Assembly (NCBI GenBank): GCA_032718475.1
Contig: JAUCBJ010008641.1
Span: 15,847 to 79,846 of the forward strand
Source: Nemertoderma westbladi
Taxonomy: Eukaryota > Animalia > Xenacoelomorpha
Direction: 5' to 3'
Length of the DNA: 64,000 bases
The notes under the pieces are model-generated. The model was not told the origin of the DNA. It searched no databases and was given only the letters and a program-made list of their open reading frames with translations. Below, piece by piece: positions 13,943 through 26,940 of this stretch. A program made the translations under genes and the position numbers. Position 1 is the first letter of the stretch. The number at the start of each line of letters is the position of its first letter.

Positions 13943-14830
13943 GTACTACTACTACTACTACTAGGATCGGCATGCTGCATTGCAGCTGCATTTTTAAGAA
14001 TGCTGTGCCGGCTTGTCAACAAAATTGCACCGCCACAACTCCCTATCACCCATGACATTTGCTAGATCATCCGCATCTTTAAGGCCAGTGTCCTTTAAGA
14101 TGCGTCTCAAGAAAGTCATGGGCTGTCCACCATGCTTATTCACTCCATGAGGCTGCCAAAGTACAAGATTATGCACTGGCTGGTCCTCACAGCGAAAGCA
14201 ATGTCCTGCAAAGCGGAGGCGATTTTGTTCTAGTGTCAAGCTTGGGGGAACCAATGAGACACCTCCAATGTTATATAGTGTCTGGTTGGAGATGTGTGCA
14301 TTGTACTTGACACAATGAACCCGGCGTAGCATTCTTGTGAATGTGCCATCCAGAGATTTGGTGTCATCAGCAGTTAGAGCCCAGCATGGACTCCCGTAGA
14401 GGAGTACTGGAACTACTGCTGCTCTAAATAATCGGACCTTAAGTTTCCGATTAATTCTCGGTGACTTCCAAATCCTGGAAAGCCTATTCAAGGCTGCCCA
14501 TGCCTTTCCCTTACGTATTCGAAGGTCCTCACCTGACTTCCTGATCCATGATCCCAGGTAACAGAAGTCGTCCACATGCTCAAGCATACCATCCTTTGAG
14601 CTTATGCTCATCCGATCAGAGACTTGCTGAGGACTTTCAAAGTTAACTGTCAGAATTTTGGTCTTTCTGGAGTTAATAAAAAGACCAACACTAGAAGCAG
14701 CATGTTCTAATGAGCTGAGGAGCCGTTGGGCTCCCTCTAATGATTCTGAGAGTACTCCTAAGTCATCAGCAAAGTCTAGATCAGTTAGGTACTTGGCAGG
14801 ATTTCCTCGACTGGACTGTAAAGTCCATGA
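13943..14830 (-). mobile_element. RTE LINE family A, 5'-truncated, young copy
   Basis: Open frame with DLDFADDL, YLGSW and RLRFAGHC. The 3' end is GCCGATCC(TAG)n. Confidence 0.95.
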
Positions 14831-15619
14831 TGGACAAAAACGCCAGAAACATACTGTCAGTCTACTGTACCGGCCTATCAAATATTTGGAAAATTATTTG
14901 TTGTTAATAAATTATCTGATAAAAAAATAAGTTATCCCCCAAAAAATGAGCCATTTACATTTTTGAATTCCATAATCATTAATAACTCTTTGTTAAATTT
15001 AGATTTATTGGAAAGAAACACTTTTTGGCATTATTCCTGAGACATTTTTGGCCACCGCGAATTTGTTATTACTTTATAATTAATCAGGTAGTGGGTCAAT
15101 ATGTCTGAGCACTTGAGACACCAGACAAAGACAAAGGGGGTGGGGATGATTGACGCAAATTACAGTAATAACAAACTACGAGACAAAAATCCCAAAAATC
15201 CAGATCAATACAATCACAGTTGATCGCGTCCACCTCAGTTGATTAGTTTGCCAAAAATAAATAAATTAGATGAGCCAAAAGACAGTTTTTACTCTTAATA
15301 GGCTGATATTTGTGTCGAAATTACCAATTACGACATTACCATTGTACCGCCCAGAGAAGTGCTTCATGCGCAGATCTCGATAACCATCACACACCAGCAA
15401 AAAATGATATTCAGCCTATATCATTTTTATTACAAACCGGGCACATTCTCGATTCTCTGGGTATTTTATAGCACCGGCCGCTCTCGATCAGAAGTGCATG
15501 TGACGAACACCTGAACCTGGAAATCAACCTACTAAGACCTGCGTGACCTCTCAACATAGATAGGTTATTATCCAAACTGAAATCCTTCTTGCTATTGAGC
15601 CTAAAAAGCTTAAAAGACT

Positions 15620-15766
15620 CGAAGATGCGGATGATCTAGCAAATGTCATGGGTGATAAGAAGTTATGGCGGCGAAATTTTGTCGACAACCCGCAGTGCAA
15701 TCTTAATATATATGTAATATATATATAATGCAGCTGCACAATGAAGCATGCCGAAAGTTGTAGTAT
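15620..15766 (+). mobile_element. RTE LINE family A, short 3' fragment
   Basis: GAAGATGCGGATGATCTAGCAAATGTCATGGGTGAT plus 3' UTR similarity. Confidence 0.8.
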
Positions 15767-16700
15767 TAGCTTTTGCTTTGTATTATATAATATAGGGATA
15801 TAATATATAATAATAATTTCGTTTTAATTTTGTTGTTGGAAAGAAAAACAATAGGATAAATACAGTAACAACATTATTTTAAATAATAATAATGTACCTA
15901 ATCAATAATAAATACGATGACAGAGTCGAATGTCTCACTCTATCTGGCATCCAATATAAAACAAACAAATTATTTATTTAATATTATCGATACAAGAAAA
16001 TCAAAGTACAGTACAGTACAGTACAGTACAGTACCATTATTGTATTATATTGGAATTAGGCTACTTGTAGAGATAGTAAAACTGGAGCTTAAAGGCTTTA
16101 GTTTACCGTAAGACGAACTACTGACTGTATTTTTAGTGATAGGCGTATAGTATAACAATTGTAGGGGCCTACTGTAGTATAATATTGGTACTAGGCCTAC
16201 AGTATAGACCTATATATTGTGTACAGAACATATTGTTCAGTCATAGAAAGAAGCTATGTTATTGATTAGCAGCTACATAACACACATTCCTATTGAATTT
16301 CATCTGTCAGTAACATAATAAAAGAGTACTTTAATCAATAAACTAGGCCTAATAACCACGTTTATTAATTATTAGCCCACCCATCCATTCAACAACACGC
16401 CACTGAACTTCATCTAGTCCTACTGTTATGCTGTACTGTATGTAGGCTATATTAACATTTAAAACACAGACATGAAATTATGGAAAGTAGTTTAATTCCT
16501 TTGTTGTTGTTCACATGTAGTCCTATACAGAATGTATCTAGTTATCGACCATTTCTTGAAAGTATTTCAACTTCAACAGTTGAAAAAACCTAGACCAACA
16601 ACACCGGAATAAGTGCAGGATTACATTAACTAAACTAAGTTTTTGAAAGGACGTAGGGCTTAAGGGGTCTTAACACCACGAGTTAAAATAAATAGAGTTT

Positions 16701-16738
16701 GCCGACAGCCGTTTCACCCTCACGGGCTTCTTCAGGGC
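16701..16738 (-). ncRNA. Minimal type I hammerhead ribozyme
   Basis: Minus strand reads GCC-CUGAAGA-A-GCCC(GUGA)GGGU-GAAA-CGGCU-GUC-GGC: catalytic core, GNRA-capped stem II, self-complementary stem III and a 3-bp stem I. Confidence 0.8.
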
Positions 16739-17445
16739 TAATATATAAAATATTAAAGCAATACAATTATTTTAAAAAAGATACATACCAATTTAGAACC
16801 TACGGAATTGAGGATGGCACTTAATAGTAAAGTATTAATACAGAAATCGAACGAAGTAAGTAGTGACAGGCAGGTCTGAAATTTAAAATTAAATACTAAT
16901 TTAAAATCTTGAAAAGCAATTAAAACTTTCAAACGGGTGGTGAATGCAGTAGGTAGACTGTTTTCAAACGGGTGGTGAATGCAGTAGGTAGACTGTCGGA
17001 ATATTAAGAGACGGTAAGATAACGTAATGCAAATGCACGTGTAGGATAGGCACTACTGAAGTGCTGTAATTAGGCCTCATAGTAATTAATGCGCAACTAC
17101 ACATAACAGCAGCACTATGACCGCGGTACAACTGTAGTACGTCCGCAGTACAGCAGTAATATGACTGCCGGTACGCCTGTGGTACCCAATGAATGACAAA
17201 AATACAAATACACATACTGTAGGACAGGTACTGTAACTAGGCCGTACAATAAGGTTAGTGGGGCACCAATACAGTACATTCTGTATAACGTCATAAGGCA
17301 GACACAAAATGGTTCGTACTGAATCGTGCAATAAACATAAACTGGTGGTTTAATATGCACATACAGTACTTTCAATGTACTAATGTACTGTATGACAAAA
17401 ATGTAGCGAGGTAGTTGAATTTGGACCAAAAAGAAAAAAAAATAA

Positions 17446-18259
17446 GTGACTGTAAAATTAAAGCAATGTAACGGGGAGTTCAATATGCACGGGGTGGTTC
17501 CAAAAAAACAATGTAACGGGGTGGTTCAATGTGCACCTAAATGTGACTGTAAAATAAAAACAATTTAACGGGGTAGTTCAAAAATAAGTAGGTGACTGTA
17601 AAATAAAAACAATTTAACGGGATAGTTCAAAAATAAGTAGGTGACTGTAAAATAAAAACAATTTAACGGGGTAGTTCAAAAATAAGTAGGTGACTGTAAA
17701 ATAAAAACAATTTCACGGGGTAGTTCAAAAATAAGTAGGTGACTGTAAAATAAAAACAATTTAACGGGGTAGTTCAAAAATAAGTAGGTGACTGTAAAAT
17801 AAAAACAATTTAACGGGGTAGTTCAAAAATAAGTAGGTGACTGTAAAATAAAAACAATTTAACGGGGTAGTTCAAAAATAAGTAGGTGACTGTAAAATAA
17901 AAACAATTTCACGGGGTAGTTCAAAAATAAGTAGGTGACTGTAAAATAAAAACAATTTCACGGGGTAGTTCAAAAATAAGTAGGTGACTGTAAAATAAAA
18001 ACAATTTCACGGGGTAGTTCAAAAATAAGTAGGTGACTGTAAAATAAAAACAATTTCACGGGGTAGTTCAATATGCAACTAAAATAAGTAAGTGACTGTA
18101 AAATAAAAACAATTTCACGGGGTAGTTCAATATGCAACTAAAATAAGTAAGTGACCGTAAAATAAAAACAATTTAACGGGGTAGTTCAATATGCAACTAA
18201 AATAAGTAAGTGACCGTAAAATAAAAACAATTTAACGGGGTAGTTCAATATGCAACTAA
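17446..18259. repeat. 49-bp tandem array (with about 59-bp variants) inside the Penelope element
   Basis: GTGACTGTAAAATAAAAACAATTTAACGGGGTAGTTCAAAAATAAGTAG, about 15 units. Confidence 0.95.
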
Positions 18260-19719
18260 TAAAACTTGGATATATGTATTTTGAATTAAATAAGTGAAAT
18301 AAATTTGAAAGATGTGAACGAAGGGTCGTGGAATTAAGTCTGTGGACGCTGCTTGTTCAAAGGAGGGTTGTACAAGTGTATGTAGAGCGCTTCAGCACTG
18401 AGACGGTCCCAATCGCGCCTGTACTGCTTGAAGGCTGTGACAGTGTACTGTGGGCATTGCGCAAAGTGTTCAAGTAGATGGTCTTCCTGGCCAGTGCTAG
18501 GAGCGCCCTGGCGGTGCTGTCGCACATTAACTAAACTACCCAAACTCACACATAAAAGTTAAAATTAAACAGTAGTACAGTTGTAGGCCTACAGTACTGT
18601 AATAGTGAAGCACAATAATACAGTTAGTTTATTAACCTACTGTACCAAATGAAACATCACAACACACTGTAGTCAGTGAATATTTTTGATAGTTTGGTTG
18701 GTTCATTCATAGGTATCGTTACTTACATCTTCTGTTATCTTAGTGTTCTTTCCTATTCTTATGTTTACACACACTGATAAGACACACTTATCATGGCATC
18801 CTACAGTATAATACTGTCTGTATAATACCGAGAGTTCTACAGCGTCTCAAGTATACTGAAATACTTAAGACGCTGCTGTAGACCTCTCTACCCACTTGCT
18901 CTTCGTCGAAACCTACTGTAGTACAGTAATCCCATTTCTGAATGCGGCTAGAGTGGAGCAGAGTCCCCTGTATTGTACTGAACAAGAACAGTATACAAAC
19001 AATTACCTAAATACAATACTAATTTTATACCAGACAGTTATACAGTATCTGTTACCATTAATTAACTAAGTGGAACATTAGCATGGGTTGAGATAAGGTC
19101 ATACAGTAGGCCTACTCAACTCGTATGTTACTGAAATCCACCGGCGGAATTAATATATATATGTGGACAAACATTACATATTTCCCCATCCCTACTGTAC
19201 ATTACGTGAAAAATACCAGGATTTAACTTTTGGTCGAAATTTTATTGAATTTTAACGAACCTGCCTATTAATAGGCCAGGGTAGATTTTGGCAAGAGTTG
19301 AGCCGTTCAAAAACACGATGTGGTTGTGTGTGTGTATATGTATATATATGTGTATAACCATCCAATATCTCAGAAACCCAATCAGGTACGCAAAAATTTT
19401 AATAACAAACTCTCCATAAATTTTGGTTGCGCACAAGACTGTATATTTTTTGTGGCGTTTCGATCACGGGGTCACTGAAAAATAGCGGTTTTGAAAATTT
19501 AAAGTCGAATTTCAACGATTTCAACTCGTCGAGTAGGCACCAACTTTTTTATTTGAGATATTCAGTCATCTGAGCAACATACAGTATTTGAGCCTCAGAA
19601 TCTTTTCAAATATCGCCAATCTCGCACAGAACGTCGCCAAAATTTGTTAGTCCGGCAAAAAAAAACGCACAAATTCGTCTAAAAGAGTAAATTATTTAGT
19701 TGCGGAATAATATGATTCA

Positions 19720-20173
19720 ACTAGAAAAGCCAGCCAGCTGGCTGAAAGGAGACCGTCCATATACATAGACAAACGTAGTGTACTGTAGTTGGGTCCCTCA
19801 TCATTCATTATCATCAACTCCCTCCCACCTAACATAGCAGTGAGTAACCTTATAGATTATTATCATAGGATTCACTGGAAAGAGCTATTCATCTGGTGGG
19901 GTAATACATTATACAAACTTACCTTTGATGTTTGATTACTGTCTGGGCTAGAGTGATATAGTAATAAATTTGGCAAGTAATATACTTCTCTGCAGTTTGG
20001 GCTATCCATTCAATAAATAGTAGTAGCTTACTAGGCCCACATGAGTACCAGCAGCTGGTGTTTCTATCGTTGAGTTGATGGCAATTATCGTGTTTTCATT
20101 TTCGCTCACTCAGGGTACTGCGGTACTGGTTTGAGGGGCAGGTTCGTTTAAAGCCAGCTTGCTGGCTTTCTAG
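19720..20173. mobile_element. Short element with inverted hairpin-CTAG termini
   Basis: ACTAGAAAAGCCAGCCAGCTGGCT at the left end and AGCCAGCTTGCTGGCTTTCTAGT at the right end. Confidence 0.45.
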
Positions 20174-20477
20174 TATATATGAATAATTTATATATTTTTT
20201 TAAATTTATCTTAATTAGGTGTTTCATAGCGCTTAATTATATCTTATAAACCTGTACAGATAGTAAAATAGGTTTAATGTTTTGGTTAAATTCAACCCTA
20301 CAGTACTGTTACCTGGATACTTAGTAAAAACCTGGTATTCTTAACCTGGGTTAAACTGCAAAGTGAAATATAACAGCAGAACGTCTGTTATACGGCCCGC
20401 ATTACTGTCGAGAACTCAAATCAAATTACGATGTTCAACATTAATAATAGGCAATTTAAGCGAAAATGTTTTCAATA

Positions 20478-20661
20478 GTAAGGCCTACACTGTATTAACC
20501 ATAAATTAACCGGTCTATCAATAGTACAGTAGGGCTTACACTGTATTAACCATAAATTAACCGGTCTATCAATAGTAGGGCCTACACTGTATTAACCATA
20601 AATTAACCGGTCTATCAGTAGTAGGGCTTACACTGTATTAACCATAAATTAACCGTTCTAT
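20478..20661. repeat. 46-bp tandem repeat, 4 copies
   Basis: AGGGCTTACACTGTATTAACCATAAATTAACCGGTCTATCAATAGT units. Confidence 0.9.
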
Positions 20662-21964
20662 CTGTAATCGGCATGCTGCATTGGGAATGCTTAGCCTGCT
20701 TTATCGACAAAAAAATTGTGCCAACACTACCGCCCTATCACCCCATGACTATCGCATTCTTAAGGTTGTGTCCAAGCCTTATACTACTCCGGTAACTGTT
20801 ATTAAAATTTGTCTATATTGTGACAATATTAAGGTCGCCAAGCGCACTATTTATGAAATTCTGGCGTCACCTATCCCAGAAGCAATCCGTAAACCAACTA
20901 ATAAATAACTAATTTCTTTCACTTTCGCCACCAAGTACAGCACGTTATCCCCTAGCAACGTCTTTAATTTTTCTCTAGGAATTGAATGATCCTTTTCTCC
21001 AAACTCTCTTCATCGATTATCTTATATTTTTATCAGATTATTATTTCGAGTCATCGATATCCCACCTGGGGGTTGAACCGGCGCTATACTATAAACAGAC
21101 ATGTTTAGGCCTATAAGGCCTCAGCAGTAGCGTTAGCGTTAACCAGTGCCGCCACTTTCCCACTGCCCACTTATATTGAACAGGCAGTCTTCAGTTGCAT
21201 ATCCTATCTCTACTCTAACAGATACGGTAGTAACAGATAATTACAATAAATAAACTAACAAAATAATAAACTTACAATAAATTACAATTAAAGTACAACA
21301 ACAATACCAATAATAAAGCACCATCCAATTCATATGCCTATATTACCGCAATGGCTACCCCACTTGCCGCACTAACCTATCAAACCCAAACCGTCAATCA
21401 TGAGTCATCATGTTCGATGAACCACCTGTTTCCTGAAGTCGGATTGAGGGGGGGGGGGGGGGGGGGGGAACTTCCCACTCGCCGAATTAATTAATATCTA
21501 GTCTCAGCGAATCATCCTTATTTATGGCAGTGATTTTTTATGTCCTTTTATTTGACTTTTTTGTCCTCCTTTTTTTACGAATTGTGCATAATGACTTTTG
21601 TTGTCCCTTTAATGACTTTTGTTGTCCTTTTAATGACTTTTTATATATGTATTTCTTCAAACTGTCAGACAGCTGATTTCTGGACTGTCAGACAGTTGAT
21701 TGCCTATGCCTATGCCTGTACATGCCTATGTATGTACATGCCTATGCCTGTATATGCCAAAACATTCAAAATTTGTTGATTTCTGGTCTGTCGGACAGTT
21801 GGTTTCACTATACCTGTGCCAAAACATTCAAAATTCCATGATTTATAGACTACTGTATGAGCTAGATTTCTATATGCGCCTGTGGTAAAAGAATCTAAAT
21901 TTAATAGTTTGTGGTTGTTGTCGATAATCGATTACCATTATGACGTAGCAAAACACTCATTTTA

Positions 21965-22890
21965 TAGCCAAAAAACAATTACCAATTGATGGAAAGGAGC
22001 AGGTTAAGGCCGGATTTTCTAACCAAAACAATAAACAGTCACTTTACCAAATGAAGGAAAGGAGCGGGTTACAGAGGCTAGCCTTTCTAACCAAAACAAT
22101 AAACGGTCACTTTACCAAATCAGGGAAAGGAGCGTTATAGAGGCGGGATTTTCTAACCAAAACAATAAACAATCACTTTAGCAAATGAAGGAAAGGAGCA
22201 GGTTACATAAATGGTCTTTTCTAACCAAAATAATAAACGATAACATTACCAATTGAGGGAAAGGAGCAGGTTAAAGAGGCGGGTTTTTCTAACCAAAACA
22301 ATAAACGATCACTTTACCAAATCAGGGAAAGGAGCAGGTTACAGAGGCGGGATTTTCTAACCAAAACATTAAACGATCATTTAACTAATTGAGGGAAAGG
22401 GGCGGGTTACAGAGGCGGGATTTTCTAACCAAAACAATAAACAATCACTTTACCAAATGATGGAAAGGAGCAGGTTACATAGATGGTCTTTACTAACCAA
22501 AACAATAAACGATAACATTACCAATTGAGAGAAAGAAGCAGGTTACAGAGGCGGGATTTTCTAACCAAAACAATAAACGATCACTTAACTAATTGAGGGA
22601 AAGGAGCAGGTTACAGAGGCGGGATTTTCTAACCAAAACAATAAACGATCATTTAACTAATTGAGGGAAAGGGCCAGGTTACAGAGGCGGGATTTTCTAA
22701 CCAAAACAATAAACAGTCACTTTACCAAATAAAGGAAAGGAGCAGGTTACAGAGGCGGGATTTTCTAACCAAAACAATAAACGATCACTTAACTAATTGT
22801 GGGAAAGGAGGGGGTTACAGAGGCGGGATTTTCTAACCAAATCAATAAACAGTCACTTTATCAAATGAAGGAAAGGAGCAGGCTACAGAT
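21965..22890. repeat. About 68-bp tandem array of a dispersed motif
   Basis: TTTTCTAACCAAAACAATAAAC...GGAAAGGAGCAGGTTACAGAGGCGGG, about 13 units. Isolated copies at about 1680-1760, 29642 (reverse) and 63092-63220 (reverse). Confidence 0.9.
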
Positions 22891-23132
22891 CAAAAAAACT
22901 ATCAAAAAAAGGACAAAAAAAGGATTTAAACGGTCAAGAAAAATTATTGCGCTTATTTATTATCAATTAATTAATCAAGGGAACGTATTACAGTGGCATG
23001 TTATTCTAACGTAAACAATAAAAGAAATTCAATAGTTACAGTTTCATTATTGCTTCAGTTTCACATCAGAATAATGGAGAGGCGAGAGAGTTGACTTTTG
23101 ATTACTCTTAAAATAGACTTCTTATATTAATG

Positions 23133-24722
23133 CTTGCTTGGGCAGCCACCAAACATCGAGGTCAGCCCTACAAGGAAAATATATGACAAGACACTACCTA
23201 TAGAAACAGGGGACTTCACACCTGCCGAACTCCAAAGAAGCATTAAAAGCATGTCCAATAATAAAGCGAGTGGATTAGATGAAATCCCAGCGGAGGTATG
23301 GAAAACCGGAGTGCTAAATACTGTAGACCATTATTGAATGTTTGCAACCGGATGTTAAAAGGGGAAAAGCCACCACCAATTTGGACTAAAGGTCAACTAA
23401 AGCCTCTCCCCAAGAAAGGAGACCTCGGCATACCAACAAACTATCGTGGGATCTGTCTGCTTGTGGTAGCTGCCAAAATATACAATAAACTGATTCTATA
23501 TAGGATTAGGCCTCACATAGAGAAACTACTGCGTAAGAGCCAAAACGGATTTCGACCAAGTAGATCAACAATAGCTCAGATACTTGCACTACGGAGACTG
23601 ATTGAAGGAATTAAGTCAAAGAATCTCCCCGCAGTCATGACTTTTGTGGACTTCAAGAAGGCATTCGACTCCATCCATAGAGGTAAAATGCTTGAAATCC
23701 TAAGAGCTTATGGAATACCAGAAGTAATTGTTGCTGGCATTGGATTGTTATATTGTGACACAGAAGCGCAGGTACTCTCACCAGATGGTGAAACTGAGTT
23801 TTTCTCAATCCTGGCTGGCGTACTGCAAGGTGACACATTAGCACCATTACTATTTGTAATTGTGCTGGATTACGCAATGAGGACGGCCACAAAGGGTGAA
23901 GATCTGGGATTCACACTTCAAGAACGCAGAAGTAGTAGATATCCGGCAACTACAGTCACAGACACCGACTTTGCGGATGGCATCGCCCTGCTCTCTAATA
24001 CGCTAGCAGATGCACAGCTTCTACTAAATAAAGTGGAGAGGGCTGCTAAGGAGGTTGGATTGCATATAAATGCTACCAAGACCGAATTCATGACCTTTAA
24101 TGTTGATGGAAACTTGACAACCATTGATAATAATCAACTAAGGAAGGTCGATGACTTCCAGTACCTTGGATCATGGATAGAGAGTAGCAAAAAGGACATA
24201 GAAGTTAGGAAAGCAAAGGCTTGGGTAGCTCTATCAAAAATGGATACCATCTGGAAATCAGATCTCTCCAGGCACCTGAAGACTAAGTTCTTTCGAGCCA
24301 CAGTGGAAAGTGTATTTTTATACGGCGGTGAGACCTGGACACTGACTAAATCACTTGAACAACGAATTGATGGTTGCTACACAAGACTACTAAGGGCAGC
24401 CCTAAACATCAGCTGGAGACAACACATGACAAACTCCGAGCTTTATGGTACAATACCACCTGTATCAACCACCCTCCGTGAACGCAGATTAAGATTCAGT
24501 GGGCACTGCTGGCGAAGTAAAGACGAGGTCATACCAGATCTACTTCTCTGGCAACCAACTCATGGAAAGCGTAGTCGTGGACGACCTGCCATAACATATA
24601 TAGATCAACTTGAAAGGGATACTGAACTTGGGAGAAACGAAATTGCGACAACTATGGAGAATCGGGAAGCCTGGAAGGATCTCATTTCCTCTGTCCGAGT
24701 TAGCTCGACCTAGTAGTAGTAG
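23133..24722 (+). mobile_element. RTE LINE family B, 5'-truncated, 10-bp TSD
   Basis: KASGLDEIPAE, NYRGICLL, FVDFKKAFDS and GVLQGDTLAP motifs. Catalytic FADD is mutated to FADG and there is one frameshift near 23330. (TAG)n tail. TATATTAATG at 23123-23132 and 24723-24732. Confidence 0.95.
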
Positions 24723-26257
24723 TATATTAATGTATCAAGCAAAAAGGGCCTAATTATGAATAAAAATACCCATAACATAGAACTTTACTTTTTTTCACCT
24801 TTACTTTTCCGTAAATAAATAATTATCTCGAAAATAATAAAAATAGGTTCTGCTTTTTTCCATTTTAACTAAAATACTAAATACATCTGAAATTTTTATT
24901 TTTTCATTATTTGCAATAATTTCTACATAGAATACCGGTAACACATTCATAACATACAGTCAAAGAATTTAAGGGAATTGTTGATGGGATGCGTGCAATG
25001 GTGCAAACACGCTTCTATCGGATTTAGTACTGTAGTGGTGGCCAGACCTGGTAGACCCATTATACTGTATGTACACGAAATGGGACCTTCGCACAGCTCA
25101 GCGCAGCACGTGACATAATCTTATGTTAAGTCGAATGAATTAAAAGCAAATTCTAAGCAGATGTCCCCTAATCACATAGATCACCACATAGAGGCAGACT
25201 TGGTACCTGCAGTCGATGTTAGACCTCACAAAAACTCATTCTAATGTCTAGAATATATATGTACCAGGTTTAATCAGGAAGAAAGGATTATAAACAATAA
25301 TACGAAAGGGCTGAAGCTTTTCATTTCAAACATTTCGAAAATCTTTTCATTTCAGCCCTCTAGCGGTAGACTGAATAACTTCCTTGAATCACATTCCTCA
25401 AAAAGGCATGTAGTCTGGTACAGTACATGTGTGGTAGTCGTATCACAATGGTACACGTGTACATGTGTGAAACCGGGCCATATTCCAAGATTCAGCTTAA
25501 ACAGATTAAGATAACAGGAAATGGGGAAGGTTGACACTTTCAAACATTTCGCTCTCTTGCGACAGACTGGAGAACTGCAGACGTATAAGTCTCCTTTGAA
25601 TGACACAGCTAATGGTCAAGTACAAATCTACCAAGTTTCAGCTTGAGTGAAATAAAAGCAAAGAAATGGGAAGACATTTATGCTTAGACATGTAGCTCTC
25701 TGCGAGAGACTATTGAACTAATGGTGTCTGAAAATCTCTAAAAATGCTTAACTTTTGATTTTATTGATACCTGCTAAGTTTCAATTCGATAGCTTTAAAT
25801 CCGACTAAGTTATTAGCATGACAATGCTGGTAACGACAACGCCAACAACGACTACTGTTCAACATGGTTTACCGTAAGTGTACCTGGTTGTTTTTTCTCC
25901 GGTGTTGTAATTAAATGTTATTTTAACTATTGTGTATGTGTAATAATAATTTAAACCAAATTGTTCATATCAAATATTGCTTAACTTTCCATTCACTAAA
26001 TGAAACTAATGTATTACAGTACTATCGTGAAATAAATATTATCCATTTTTAAAATAAAACTGCGTTACTACGTATTGCATGTTAAATAATTTGGAACATA
26101 TATTGATCATATAGCTCTCGATTTTCTATCATAATAAAATACCTCGAGTATGGCGAAAATAATGTTCTACATTATTTAACGTACAATAAGTACTTATTAT
26201 TTTGGCTTTGGCTTAATGAAGAATGTGTACACCAAATTAATTGCACACCTCGTAACT

Positions 26258-26270
26258 GTTGCTAGGCAAC
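26258..26270. promoter_or_regulatory. RFX X-box upstream of FAM161
   Basis: GTTGCTAGGCAAC fits the X-box consensus and lies about 670 bp upstream of a ciliary gene. Confidence 0.65.
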
Positions 26271-26940
26271 ATAATTAAACAAAGCTTATTGATCGAGATC
26301 AGCTAATCTGACTGTGTGCGTTACATACATTCCGCATTCAGACATTTGTTTTCGGTCTCAGTCATTCTCTCTCTCTCAGGCCCAGGCCAGGCCTGTCGTC
26401 CAGGTATCATTTCACTTTACCGGTAACTAAATACAGAAATATATCTAAAATGTTTTCCACTTATTTCTGTATTTACTGATTTATTCTGTTATTACTGTAT
26501 TAGGCTAGTATAACTGTATAAGGAATTGTACCGGTGCCGGTGCATATCTTTGGTACCCGCCACTTTTGATTTTATTTCGATAAATAGTTGCCACCACCCT
26601 CTGACCCACCGGTTTAGTTTTGGATTAGGGTTAGTTGGGCAGGGCAATATGAAATAGTAGTAGATAAAGTCACCTGTATGCCTGTCAGACTGTAGGACTT
26701 CGTAGATCATTTTAGCATATTGATTACTCATTACCAGATTACTGTATGGTATGATATTGCTGTCCGACATTGTCGGATATTACTATCCGACTATTCTTTG
26801 CCTTTCAATTACCGGTAACTATAAATCTTTAATTTTTATTTAATTAATCTTTATTAATTTGATCATTTATAGATTATATCAATTGTTCAAACAATCTGGC
26901 CTATTTTTCAACTGCAAAATTCCGTTATTTTTACCCAAAA

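Larger units (their letters stand above)
16638..18523 (-). mobile_element. 5'-truncated Penelope-like element with a 15-bp target-site duplication
   Basis: ACATTAACTAAACTA at 16623-16637 and 18524-18538. GIY-YIG C-terminal motif EALYIHLYNPPLNKQ at 18334-18523. Hammerhead core near the 3' end. Confidence 0.85.

Noticed and set aside
21447-21468. Long G/C homopolymers here and at about 1830, 3168, 5516, 30605, 53987 and 60045
   Set aside because: They mostly lie in repeat-derived sequence and their lengths are unreliable. There is no evidence of a specific G-quadruplex function.
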